A DNA stretch of 64,000 nt from Chiloscyllium plagiosum (Eukaryota), in the NCBI RefSeq assembly GCF_004010195.1, contig NC_057718.1:79664514-79728513 (forward strand), read 5' to 3'. The position numbers and the translations under genes are program-made. This document shows, piece after piece, positions 63,700 to 64,000 of the stretch. Under the pieces are notes generated by a model. It ran no database searches, had not been told where the DNA came from, and was given only the letters and a program-made list of their open reading frames with translations. Each line of letters starts with the position of its first letter. Positions within the stretch are counted from its first letter, which is position 1.

Positions 63700-64000
63700 A
63701 ATTATAATTTACCAGCACTTCATTTAATACAATCTAGTGTTCATAGTCGCCGCTTATTGTGTGGTCTCCTCTACATTGGGGAGATGAAATGCAGACTGGG
63801 TGATTGCTTTGTTGAATACCTCTTCTCTATCTGTAAAAATTACCCTAAGCTTCCAGGTCCCTGCCACTTCAACATGACACTTCATTCCCAGGTCAACATT
63901 TCTGTCTCATACCTATTGTGGTGCTCCAGTGAAGCTCAAAACAAGCAGGAGGAATGATACATCTTCTTCCACCTAGGTCCCTTAAAGCACTCAGGACTCA
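63700..64000 (+). mobile_element. Penelope-like GIY-YIG endonuclease fragment
   Basis: LCGLLYIGEMKCRLGDCFVEYL...PCHFN; homologous to 8020-8330. Confidence 0.8.

Overview
Eukaryotic, AT-rich, repeat-dense intronic or intergenic DNA. The repeat set (HE1/V-SINE-type tRNA SINEs, CR1 LINEs, Penelope-like elements, Gypsy remnants) points to a shark or other cartilaginous fish; this is inference. No intact host gene is visible, and almost all listed ORFs are retroelement fragments or chance frames. There are two assembly gaps (20838-20998, 51839-52324). Highlight 1: a 1.09-kb Penelope-like (PLE) insertion at 16875-17964, with a perfect 10-bp target-site duplication (TSD), has captured about 690 bp of foreign genomic DNA. 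That DNA holds a complete 167-nt PIGC-like exon with both splice sites and flanking intron, antisense to the element. Highlight 2: many small PLE-derived insertions with 11-16-bp TSDs carry minimal hammerhead-ribozyme cores (CUGANGA...GAAA). Several are long fold-back hairpins with the axis at the ribozyme and a ~30-40-nt unpaired tail. Also present are a nested Gypsy/PLE/LINE pile-up at 31.8-38.9 kb, a decayed Harbinger-type Myb/SANT gene, and two unusually long flanking duplications (78 bp and ~380 bp). All calls are by eye, so repeat boundaries are approximate unless a TSD is quoted.
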